64,000 nucleotides of DNA. Origin: Podarcis gaigeae (Eukaryota). The stretch lies in the NCBI GenBank assembly GCA_964106915.2, contig OZ066914.1, one strand, 5' to 3'. A program made the translations under genes and the position numbers. The number at the start of each line of letters is the position of its first letter. Position 1 is the stretch's first letter. This document shows positions 52,757 to 64,000 of this stretch, piece by piece. The notes below the pieces were generated by a model. It made no database searches, was not told the DNA's origin, and saw nothing but the letters and a program-made list of their open reading frames with translations.

Positions 52757-53984
52757 CAGTTAGATAGCAGGCTTTGTAATGACCCAAGAATCAATAATGA
52801 CAATGGAGCACTTAAAATTGACAGTAGTTTATGTAAATTAATGGTTGTAAATGAATGCACAACAGGATGCAAGACTTTTTGCAAAACACACACACACTGC
52901 TCTTTGAAACACAAGCATACACACAAAATATCTGTGTATTGGAATAAGGTGGGAAATCAGAGGGAACTCTGAAACTCAGCAACACCTAGATTGTGATGGA
53001 TCTAGGATATTATGAGTTGCTCACTAAGCTGCATGCAACCTAGAATGATAATAAGTGGAACTGAAAGATAGGCAATTACTATGCAATGAGGTGAGGGTTT
53101 TGTTTCCACCTCTAGCAGATGTGTGTCTGGGAGGGTGTGGGGCTCACGTCATTAAATCATCATTTCATTTAATGTAGATTGACCTAATAGAATGCTGTCT
53201 TCTGTGGAAGAGTCAAACAATGATCCAAGTTGTGATTTATAAATATTCTAACAGAATGAAGTTCTGAGAGGAGTTTCAGATTTACATTTTTTCATACATA
53301 CTCCCATGCAGAAGGAATCTGTGGGCTCAATATTATCTACTAAATCATTGCTGGCTCCTATATACCGTATATGTTGCTGGTACCAAAATGCAAGAAATGT
53401 CACAAATTATATTAGAAGTCCTGCTTTTCAAAATTATTTAAACTTACAATATTAGCATAGTATACACACAAACTGTTCCTAAGCAACACTGACACAGTTC
53501 CTCTGCAAAAAGGGCCAAGGTGAAACTTCTCAGAAAACACAGGAGAGAAAATCTAGACATATGCAAGCAACAAAGTCTGGGTCCAAATACCAGTGGTGCC
53601 AAAATTCATAAATGGAGGCTTTGTAATGGCAAACATATAATGGCAAACTCTGCAATCTGTTTGCAAGCTGAGCCCAAACTGCAACAACACGAGACCCAGC
53701 TCATTATTGGTTTACTTGCACCATCACTAGAGCTCCTGCTATCACATCCATCAGTTTACCTTTGTAAAGTACAACAAAAGGATGTTCTATTTGATGGCCA
53801 CCCTGTGAGACCTATCCCATCCCAACCCTCATTTCAACAGTAGCATCCCAAGCATCAGTGGCCACAGTATGAAATTTTATGTTTCTGCAGAGCTCTGACA
53901 TTAAATAAAAACGCACAACTTTTAGAAGTGGGGGTGATGAGTGGAAAGCAGAAGTCACGAGATCTACAGTGAATGCCTTCTTAC

Positions 53985-54131
53985 CGTCAGCCGTTTCGAG
54001 GCATCCACTTCAATCATCCCCCGCAAGAGATTTTGACAATCTGGCGGGATGAAATGTGGCATATGGAACACACCACGTTTCACTTTCTCTAGCAGCTGCC
54101 GCAAGTTATCGTCATCGAATGGTAGGGCACC
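53985..54131 (-). CDS. BRSK2: BRSK2 exon (147 nt): [49 protein letters not shown]
   Basis: ttccag|GGTGCC...CTGACG|gtaaga; within ORF 53964..54323. Confidence 0.97.
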
Positions 54132-54217
54132 CTGGAACAGCACGACAGAGGAAAAAGAGAAAAAAGTAGTGGAGGAAGGAAGCAGTGGCAGAGGAAAAGG
54201 AGTTGGGGGGAGCGTAC

Positions 54218-54394
54218 CGCCTCTGACAGCACGATCCCGGTAGGGTGCCATCGCGCTGCTCGCCCTGCCTGCACTGGGCGCCACGCCCCTACAGGCAGTG
54301 CGCCAGGCCACTGTGGGTGGCACGCCATGCCCCCAAGACGCGTGCTAGCTTGCCTGCTCTCCACCCCCCAGTGCTGGAGCACGAAGCTCCGCCA
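54218..54394 (-). CDS. BRSK2: Candidate alternative exon (177 nt, 59 aa, no stop) or internal first exon, CpG-rich
   Basis: cctttcttccttccag|TGGCGG...GAGGCG|gtacgc; multiple of 3, phase 0-0 like its neighbours; about 15 CpGs in a CpG-poor intron. Confidence 0.5.
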
Positions 54395-56743
54395 CTGGAA
54401 GGAAGAAAGGTAAATAGGTGTTGAACACAAGCAATGACAGAACAGAGGAGAGAAATGAGGAGACATTCGGGGCCAACTACGTATGAGGTTAGTCACAATG
54501 CAGGCTATTAACTGAAGAGTATTTTTCTGATAAGCAGTCCATGAGAGGAGAGCGGTTCCCTGCTCTAGACTGGGATCCTAGTGTGAGAAGTGTAGGAGAG
54601 GGTAAACTTCTGCCAAGCTAGATCATGTCAACAGAAAGAGACAGCTTTGTTTGGACTTAATTTAGTCATAACAGAGCACTTGAACACGTCAGAATGGCCT
54701 TAGCTCCCTAAAGAATGTGTAGTGCCAGAAATGGTTGAATCCTGCCACTAGCTACTCAACAGAACCCAAATTCTGTCACATGTGGTTGGCCCTAAAATAA
54801 TGGATCCAAAACACAGATTGGGTAGAGAATAATTCTGAAAGCAGCATATCCCTTTATCCTTTTCAGCATAGAAAATAAAACTTGGTGGAACATAGATAAA
54901 TATCTTGAATTTTAATTAGTCAGTGAGGAACAGAACATAGTGTGAATGGTTTTCAAGAAAATTATCCATAGATACGAAGATTTGCTTAACTTCAGCTGAG
55001 CTGTTTAGTTGTAGTTGCAACTCAAGGCTTTGATCTGCTGGCAATCCTCCAGGGCAAACTCTTAGCAGCAGATGTGTTTACCTGCTCCTCGGTTCTAATC
55101 TCCTCTGGACATATTTACACCAAACACTAAAAGATGGCTGTTTAGCATGGGAGACTTTTCCACCTTACAAAATGTCAAAAGGCCAGAAGGAAGTGTGACT
55201 GACCAGAATATGACCTATGTTCACACATAAGACAAAGGCTTTCTTTCAAAGTTCTTTATTCAGAATAGTCAGCTCAGAGAGCTAGGATTCCATCAGCTCC
55301 TGATGCTAACCAAATAGCTGGCTCACATAGTGTTCAAGCTGAGTAGAGACCGCAATGAATATGAGTTTCTCCACTAGCCTAAAATGAAGATATAAAATCC
55401 ACTGGGTAATATGGTAATGGCTTTCTCAAAGACATATTCTGCATCAAATAATCTCTCTGGGTTACCTCTTAGCCTTGCCTTCAGTATGCTATGAAATATA
55501 GCAGAAGCAAATTGAGGGAAAATTGGTTATCAAATTTCCCATGTTATCCACAGGATTGCTGAATCAGGCCCCAAACTGAGTCAAAGGTGCCTTGCATGTA
55601 AGTGTGTAATGCTGAATACCAAAACAAAGCCTTTGATAGCATAAGGTTTATAGCAATATAGTAATCTAAGGACACCCTCTGACTATTAAGCCATTAAAAG
55701 CTCCTAATTCCCTAACTATTTTTATGAATTATAACAATGTTGACATTTGAATGTAGTTGTATAAGGTTTCATATGGAAGGTCTAGTGCTACAGAATATAT
55801 CTTAATTTACACCTAGTGATGATATGATTTGCTAGTAAGTAGTCTGAAATTATCTGATTTAAGTCAGGTGTATCTTGTTAAGCATGCATTTTTTTTTAAA
55901 AAAAGAATAATGCATGTCTTTCTCCCTAACAGCTAAGTTTAGAAAACACATATTTTTAATAACTTGTTGGGAACAGCCCACAGTTGCTGGGACACCCCAG
56001 TCAGAGAGGCGGCATATAAATAATAAAATTATTCTTATTCCTATTACACAGATATCCAACCCGATTTCAGTGAAATATTGATTAGATAATGGGAAATTTG
56101 ACAGACATTGTTTTTCTCAAATTGTTTCAGCTATATTTCATGATCTAACTGGACCGACATAATTCTTTCTAATACATGTCCCTTTCTCTGGAAAGTGATC
56201 AAACATATTATGGAAACTATCTTCAAATTTTGTTTCACTTTGTTTCTTTCTGAGTCTTTAATAAATGGGTGCTCTACTCATCTACTATTTAATGAACGGA
56301 ATGTGATGAAAGTGTTATTGATTCCATTTGTATGACCTTGTTGTCTCCATTACATACGAGTGACAACTTTCCACAATAGTCTGGACACTTCCTTTAGAAT
56401 ACCTCTCTCATTTCCTTTGCTAGTATACACACACTGCTTTTGACAGCTTTTGATTTTGCCAACAAGCCCTGAACTGATCTGGGCCTGCATTGATTCACTC
56501 TGGACAAATTCCAGATCAGCTCCGTTTGGGACAAATTCCAAATCAGCCTCAGAATCTGGGATTTGTCCAGACCAGATGCACAGCCTTAATACATGCCTAT
56601 GACAGATATGTAGGTACATGTTCAGAGGGGTGCTGAGCCCTCCAGCAACATTTTTAGCATGGCATTTTGAAATTATGATTCAATAGACCATCATGAATGC
56701 AAAAATACAGTAGTTGTCCTATATAGTGAAGGTAATGACTCAC

Positions 56744-56812
56744 CACTAACAATGCAAACAAAATGACTCCACAGCTCCAGACGTCTGCTTTTCTCCCATC
56801 GTATTTCTCCCC
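56744..56812 (-). CDS. BRSK2: BRSK2 exon (69 nt): [23 protein letters not shown], kinase helix F
   Basis: gtacag|GGGGAG...TTAGTG|gtgagt; phase 0 to 0. Confidence 0.97.
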
Positions 56813-57017
56813 CTGTACAATATGGAAATAGGAGATTTAACCTGAAGGTTGTTAGATAAATAATTATCCAGGTGTCCTTGAATTCAGTGGGAGGAAACGT
56901 TCTTTTTCTCCAAACTACACCAATATATTACATAGCTCTCATATATTACAAAAAAAGCTTAATTGCACAAAATGAGTATAGGGTATATTTAGTACAGTTT
57001 GGCAGGTAAGAAGTAGA

Positions 57018-57271
57018 AGAAGAAGAAGAAGAGTTTGGATTTGATATCCCGCCTTTCACTCCCCTTCAGGAGTCTCAAAGCGGCTCACATTCTCCTTTCC
57101 CTTCCTCCCCCACAACAAACACTCTGTGAGGTGAGTGGGGCTGAGAGACTTCAAGGAAGTGTGACTAGCCCAAGGTCACCCAGCAGCTGCATGTGGAGGA
57201 GCGGAGACACGAACCCGGTTCCCCAGATTATGTGACTACCGCTCTTAACCACTACACCACACTGGCTCTAG
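57018..57271 (-). mobile_element. tRNA-derived CORE SINE (Squam3-like), full length, young
   Basis: A box TGGTGTAGTGG, B-box-like GGTTCGTGTCTCC, CORE GCTGGGTGACCTTGGGCTAGTCAC, (CTT)n tail, TSD AGAAGTAGA at 57009-57017 and 57272-57280. Confidence 0.88.
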
Positions 57272-58888
57272 AGAAGTAGAGAAGACCACCTTTTGAAAGA
57301 ACAAAGGACTTATGTTAAAACAGTAAACAACAATTTTAACATAACCATACTGCTTAAGTCTATGCTTTCCCTGTCTGTCACTCTGCCCTACATAGAACAT
57401 TAATCTCCTCTGAGTCACTGTAAATATATCACATTCACAAATTTCATCTATATATGGCATTAGCCAGGTTAGTATGGGCATAGTGTCCACCCATTTAGGA
57501 ATTGCCTTAGGGTTCATTAGAGCTGCTTTGCCTTTTCCTGTTCTGTGGACATGTATACAGATCTCCAGTAATGTAACACTGAGATGAGAGAGAGAAGGCC
57601 GGAGATGGATAGGAAGTTATGCACATACCTCCCATTTCAGAGGATGGATTTGGGTATTGTGGTGTGTATTGTGCATACACAGAAGGGAGAAGGGATGAAA
57701 GGGTTATTGTGAATCCAATGTCAACCCCTCAGAAGGTAGGCGAGGAACCTTTGGCACATGGGCCAAAGCATGTATCTCAATTTGGCTCGTGAAATCATTC
57801 CCCCAAAACCAAACCCACCTGCTCCACACCTGTTGTTATATTGCACAGGCTGAATGTCATAGGTGACATCTGCTATGGGGCAGACAATGACACGGTTAAA
57901 AAGGTACAATAGGGAGTTTAAAGTTAACTTCTAACTTTTCATTTGCCAGTGGCTTTCATGCTGACACTAAGCCACTGGGAACTCTCATGCAGCCAGGCGA
58001 GTTTGCTGTCAGAGCTGGTCAGGGCTTGTGCTATGACTGCCACTGAACTCCAAACCCCTTTGAACACTGAGAGGTGGGCAGGGCTGCAGTACTTTAAAAA
58101 AAAAAAAGATTAAAAGAGGAAAACTTTAATTTTCAATTCAACTATCTGCATTTGCTTGTTTTGAAAGTTACGCCATGACATGAAGAAAAATGTCTGGAGA
58201 ACTCTTATTAAGAAGTATTGTATGTCCTTGCCCTTGTCTATGATCCATAGGATGACAAGGAGAATGTATTGGAATGGCATGTGTAAGAAAGAGTCTGAAG
58301 AATCAGCACAAAACCTGTAATGTTAGAGATGCCTTGAGGATATGAAAAAACTGTTTCTCTCCCAGTTGGTTCTTTATGGGGCTCGGAATTAGTCATATTT
58401 GCCAGATCATGACATCAGCTGTCAATCCCCTGCTATTGGTTTTATGAAGCTTAAATTCACAATTGTCCCCTGAGTTTGACAGGTGGGAACCAGAACCTCT
58501 TGTTTACCAAGTCACTAGGGGCTGCAATAGTAGCATCCCCTTGTTGTCCAGTGACACACCAAGAGTAGCACGTTTCACCTTTCTTAGGTGAAAACTGAAA
58601 GGGCAGAAGATGGCTCAAAAAATAGTTTGAATGGGAAAATAAAACCAAGTAAACACAGGGGACTGTTGCTCTGGCTGTTAGTGATCACATGAATGTCCTT
58701 GTACTGAAATTTTATAAACCTCTTGTACTATTCAGATAACCAGACAATGTGAGAAGATTTAATACTTTGGTATTAAATATTATTGACTATCCAGAGATAC
58801 CCAATAATAAAAGAGAGAAATAGGTTTTTGTTGTTGTTGTTGTTGCTGTTGAAAAAAGGATTATTTGAAGGATTTCAAGCTCACTTAC

Positions 58889-58922
58889 CCGAATTACTTC
58901 TGGGCAAGCATAATGCGGTGAT
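58889..58922 (-). CDS. BRSK2: BRSK2 exon (34 nt): (G)SPHYACPEVIR, kinase P+1/APE-like motif
   Basis: ttccag|ATCACCGCATTATGCTTGCCCAGAAGTAATTCGG|gtaagt; phase 2 to 0. Confidence 0.96.
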
Positions 58923-59009
58923 CTGGAAGAAAAAAACCATGAACCAATGAGTACTGAATTCCTCCTTGTTTTTATTTATTATGTGAATAATAATAAGAAT
59001 AACTATTAT

Positions 59010-59445
59010 TATTAATAATAATAATAATAACAATATGGCTTCCAACACATATAAAAACAATAAAATGTCAAACAAATGAAATACAGGGCTGGCTTCAGAT
59101 GTCCTCTAAAAGTTGTGTAGTTCTTTATCTCCTTGACATCTGATGGGAGGGCATCCCATAGGGAGGGCGCCACTGCTGAGAAGGCCCTCTGCCAGGTTCC
59201 CTGTAACCTCACTTATCACATCGAGGGAACCACTAGTAGGCCCCCAGAGCTGGACCTCAGCGTCTGGGTTGAAAGATGGGGATGGAGAAGCTCCTTCAGC
59301 TATACAGGGCTAAGGGCATTTAGGGCTTCAAAGGTCAGCACCAACACTTTGAATTGTGCTCAGAAATGTACTAGGAGCCAATGTAGATCCTTTAGGACCA
59401 GTGTCATATGATCCCAGCGGCAGCCACATTCTGGATTAGTTGTAG
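59010..59445 (-). mobile_element. L2/CR1-group LINE 3' portion with (ATT)n tail
   Basis: ORF 59012..59212 QRAFSAVAPSLWDALPSDVKEIKNYTTFRGHLK; same family as the 46.3 kb copy. Confidence 0.85.
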
Positions 59446-62400
59446 TTGTAGTTGAAAGTATGGGCTTTCAGAGCCAGCTCTATCATTCAAGCAGCATCAG
59501 GGAAATTCTAAAGTTCACCCAGCTGCTGTAAGATTATTAAAAATAGGCTGAAAGAACAGGAAAGTTGTCACTAACCATTTAAAACTGGCAGATGTCGTCA
59601 GCCAGTGACTCACAGCTGAATATGAATGAATGGCTGAATTAATACACATTTATTATAGAAGGCTTTTGGCCATAACAATATTAATAGTACAGTGAAGTAC
59701 TAAAATAAATGGGCAAAATTTATATATCCAAAAAGCACGATAGCCAAAAGACAGGTCAGTATCAACCAAAAGTCATTATACCTCACTATTCTGACAATAG
59801 ATTTCATTTCTGCTCATAAAACAAGCTAGGAGCACATCCAAATTAATAAGTCCCTAAAACTGTCATCAGCAAATCCATCAAATGCCTCCACTTAAAATAT
59901 TATGGCATGAGATGACACTGTTGGGTACTGTGGTGCTTAGACTGGGAGCCCAGATCAAGCACTAGCTTCCTGTTTTACTGGGGACTCTGGCTGAAGGAGG
60001 GAGCTACAGGTAGTTCACGTTGACGCACTTGTAGAACAGCCCCAAACCATCCTGGCTCCAGGGAGCCAGAAACACACCAAAGGGCTATTAGAAAGCTGCC
60101 ATATCTGCTGTTTTCCTTTAGTCTGGGCACTGCATATCTGAGAGAAGCAAGCAGATTTTCCACCAGGACCCAGCTAGTATATTAATGATCTTAGGCTTGC
60201 TTTGCTTCAGTCTACCTCCTGTATTCCTGTCTATTATCTGCCTGTCTGCCCAAAGTATTTGCCTCCCTTTGGGCCATGTGTTTGATTGATACGGAAGCAA
60301 AGCATGGCACTGTTGTATGCATTAACCAATACACTTTCTTTTATGCTTCTTATCTTCAGAGTGCCTTAAAAGAATTTCTTCTTCACCAAGAGGAAGCTGG
60401 AGAATATTTGCTCTAAATAATACATAGCTGTGCTCTTGAATTGTATTGCGTAGCCATCATTAAGCCTATTTCTTCTGCTCTTCCAGTTTTTACTGGTCAA
60501 AAGAGCTTGCTGATCCATGATTTCTACATATGGCCCATCAAAGCAGTGAGGGGAAAAAATTGGACAGCAGCAGCAGCAACCCCCACCAACATAACATGTG
60601 CTCAGACCACTGTCTGCTGCTGTGCTCCCTGCCTGGCAACTAATTGAGAAACAGTTCCCTGAAATCAATTATTCATTCCAACCTGCCACGTAATAATTTT
60701 GCATCCTGGAAATTATATAGCAGTAGCCATTTGCTTTATAGCCTTCATTAGAAGCAGCCTGACAAAGCAGGAGAGATCCAAACAGTTCTAATAATGTATG
60801 CAGATTTCAAACAAGACTTTTTCTTTTTACCATCACATGGCAGATTACCAGGAAGTGATTACTGTGCATATATTCTTATGGGATGAAATAATAACACAGT
60901 GCATAATGCCAGCTTCAGACCATTATGCTTGTATCTCTGTGCCACATCCTTGCACAAATTCACTGGAATGTTATTGGTATAGCATAAATGCCTCCTATCA
61001 CTATTATGGAAGAAATGTCCCAAAGGAAGGGCTTCACTTTGTAGTAACAACACAATCACATTCAAATTATCTGAAACTTCCTATTTCATACAGGCAAAAG
61101 CATGTGTGGGGAGAAATATAGGGCACTGAGGGTTTGGACCAAATTAGATACAAGAGATCCCAACTACTTTTTTAAAAAAATCAAATTGCTCATAATGTGT
61201 GTGTGTGGTTTTGGATTGGGACTGTAGCACTGAGGAAGGAGAAATATGGCACCTTTATATTTCTCCCCCATGGGAACAACATTCCCTTTAAGAGAAAGCA
61301 ATTTAAGACAGGGAAATGAGGGGAAGAGTTCCCCTCCATCAGGGTCACAGCTCTAATTCAAATTGTCCCTTGCCACAGCTTTTGGAAAAGAAAAGACACG
61401 GGAGATCCAGTTCACGGGTCTTGCACATCACAGCCAGTGTATTCCTCATGTTCAAAAGCAATCAGGTATTATTGTATTATTGCATGATTCTTACTTTGGG
61501 CCCCAATGACAAAACCACCTGTGTCTGGCCTGAGCTCCACCAACGTAGTGTGGTACTATGAATGGATTCTTCCCCCCTACACCATCTCCCACTGCAAGGA
61601 TTTTCCCTGCTGGAGCATGCAATCAATTACTTACTTTCAACCAAGGGTATGATCCCAGTCATTAGATCTTCTAGGTGAGGTTTAAAAAGGTCATTAAACC
61701 ACACAGAATAAAGTAAGGGTTTTGTGCTTTCAATTGCTAGTGAAGTAAAGAAATGCTGTGGCTAATGTTATATACAGATGAAACAGGGGGTCAGGGAGAA
61801 ATAGGAAAGAGAAATCAGGCTAACCTGACCACTCAACAGCTGCACCTCAACTGCTGTGACAGCAACAGCTCTTGGCATATCCACTCTAAATTTCCTGCCA
61901 ATTCACAGCAACTGTATATCTCCAGCTTTATCTTGGCTCACAGCTCTAAACGGGTTCCTCAGGCCAACTAGGATGCACAGAAAAATCGTTTCCATGCTGC
62001 CAATCACCAAACAGCTTTGACTGCTTTAGAAAAGAAAATCCAAATTTAATCAAAAATCTATTTATCTTCCTACAAAGTCATGAATATTTCTTTGGCTCTT
62101 ATCACTAATTATTCAGTGCATGTGCATCTAAGCAACTTTATCCCTGCCTCTTCCCCCTAGGCATATCCTCATATTTTCTGCTGCATCTCCAGGCAGTAAT
62201 GCTACAATCTGCACAGCGTCTTCAATAACAATATCACTCAGCAAGATCAAGAAGCAGTTTTCGCCAGCGGCCTCTGTTGTGGTACATTGGAAGAGGCATG
62301 AGGATTAGGAACGTTTCTTGTTTTCCGGGGTTTTTCTTTTTCTTTGCGGGGAGATGGAGGTTGTCTTCCCTCAGTTGCAAACTCCGTAGACAGCAATGGG

Positions 62401-62633
62401 ACTCTGAAATGCCATTCTGCAGGCCTTGGCTTCAGCATGAAGCATAACGATATGGTGGCACAGTCCCATTCTGTAACTCTCAGGGTGGAACTGCATACCA
62501 AGCACGGGTCAGAAAAGTAGCTGGTAGAGAGCACAGCAGAGGAAAACTGGCAGGCTGGGGACAGATTAAGCAGCTTCCTACTGCTTAAAGCTTCTCTGCT
62601 GTAAACTATGCCTTCCAAACCCCCATGTCCACA

Positions 62634-63188
62634 GAATAATAATACCTTTATTGTCATTGTACAACCTGTGTACACTGAAATTAAACGAACCTCCCTCCCT
62701 TGTGATGTCATCTAGCGGACTCAAGGGACATAGAATTCTATGATTCTATGACCCTCGTGATGTCATCTAGCGGACTCAAGGGACAGCCCATGATATCATG
62801 TGCTGTGTTCACCACCCTCTGTAGAGACTTTCTGTCTGTGGCTGTCAAGCCAGCATACCACACTGTGATACAATATGAAAGGACACTTTCTATTGTGGAA
62901 CGGTAAAAGGAGTTCATCAATTGTTGTTTAACATTATTCTTTCGCAAGACCCTGAGGAAATGAAGTCTCTGTTGGGCCTTTCTGACCACCTGAGTTATGT
63001 TGATTTTCCAAGTGAAGTCCTCACTAAGGTAAACTCCCAGGAATTTAAAGGAGGAGACTCTCTCCACATAGCCACCCCCACCCCCCGATATACAACGGGG
63101 CAGGTTCCCCTCTCTTTTTCCAGAAGTCCAACACCATCTCCTTTGTCTTACTAATATTTAGGTGCAAGTTATTCTCTAAGCACCATGT
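62634..63188 (-). mobile_element. Rex1/Babar-type LINE fragment (RT C-terminus and 3' end, internally deleted)
   Basis: WCLENNLHLNISKTKEMVLDF, then ERVSSFKFLGV...KAQQRLHFLRVL...FYRSTIESVLSYCITVWY; 3' end CAATGACAATAAA plus (ATT)n. Confidence 0.85.
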
Positions 63189-64000
63189 AGAAAAAGCAGC
63201 AGCAGGACTTAATGGACATGAGACTGAGTTGGAACATGCAAGTTTTTGGGTTCAGGAAATAAGCATTTTAGATCTGTTTCACACATTATTATGGGATCAC
63301 CTCCACGGAATCATCTCAGAAGTCCAACAAATGTCAACATAGGAAACCAGCAGTACTAAATAGGTGGTCTTGCCACCCCATAACATAAAATTCTCTACGT
63401 GGCTTACAGTAAATGTGGGTGGATGGGAGGTGAAATACAAAACAAAACATACAATCATTTAAAAATAGGAGAGACCCTACCAAAATACAACAATGCAGAA
63501 CTTATTGATAAATCTGAAGCACACCTTCCAGTTGCAAACATGTATCTTCAATGTACCTAATTGTCAGAGCCTTTACCTATAAAAAAAGAGGACCTCTGGA
63601 TCTGCAAAGGGCAGCTTGGGAATGTCTAAAGAGACAGTTGTAACGTAGGGAGCTGAAGGTGCTGCAATTCAGGCAATTATTTCTGTTTTTCCTATTAGTT
63701 TTGTTTATTATTAGTTACATTTATAAAATTCCTGAAATGCTTCTTTCTTTCTAAAAATAAAGTCTCAAGGCATCTTACAGCAGATCAAAATGCACAAAAA
63801 TTAAAACAAGGCAATAATATACAACAAAATAATAAGTGACATAACCCCAGCAGACAAAACATAAGAGAAAATCATCTTTAAAAATCATTAAAGCTACCAT
63901 CTCACCCCATCAAATGCCTGGGAGTAGAGGAACATCTTGACTTTGGTACGATGCCTACAGAAGTGATCCAGTGTACGTTTCTATCTGGATTACTTTGCCC

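Noticed and set aside
57190-57268. tRNA-like A/B boxes
   Set aside because: Head of a SINE; no full cloverleaf
58923-64000. Search for the preceding kinase exon (HRDLKPEN...DFG...TSCG)
   Set aside because: Not found by eye; probably beyond the window end

Overview
Vertebrate genomic DNA, squamate and probably a lacertid lizard judging from its Sauria- and Squam3-type SINEs. The window lies inside one gene on the minus strand: BRSK2 (SAD-A kinase). I can place 13 coding exons with GT-AG boundaries and consistent phases, from the kinase C-lobe (SPHYACPEVIR, 58922) through the UBA region, the Pro/Ser-rich linker and the KA1 domain (3343); one of them is a 66-nt cassette exon. The N-terminal exons and the canonical C-terminal exon(s) were not found and probably lie outside the window. 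The introns carry L2/CR1/Rex1 LINE fragments, SINEs, hAT/Tigger/Harbinger-type MITEs, Penelope-like inverted remnants, microsatellites and two assembly gaps. Most interesting: (1) an upstream alternative acceptor adding an in-frame 135-aa Pro-rich segment; (2) a CpG-rich 177-nt in-frame candidate exon or internal start inside the kinase domain; (3) a 63-nt symmetric candidate cassette exon after KA1; (4) a complete minimal hammerhead-ribozyme motif in the sense orientation of a BRSK2 intron, within a Penelope-type palindrome. None is experimentally verified. Family names and protein comparisons come from memory, not from a database search.
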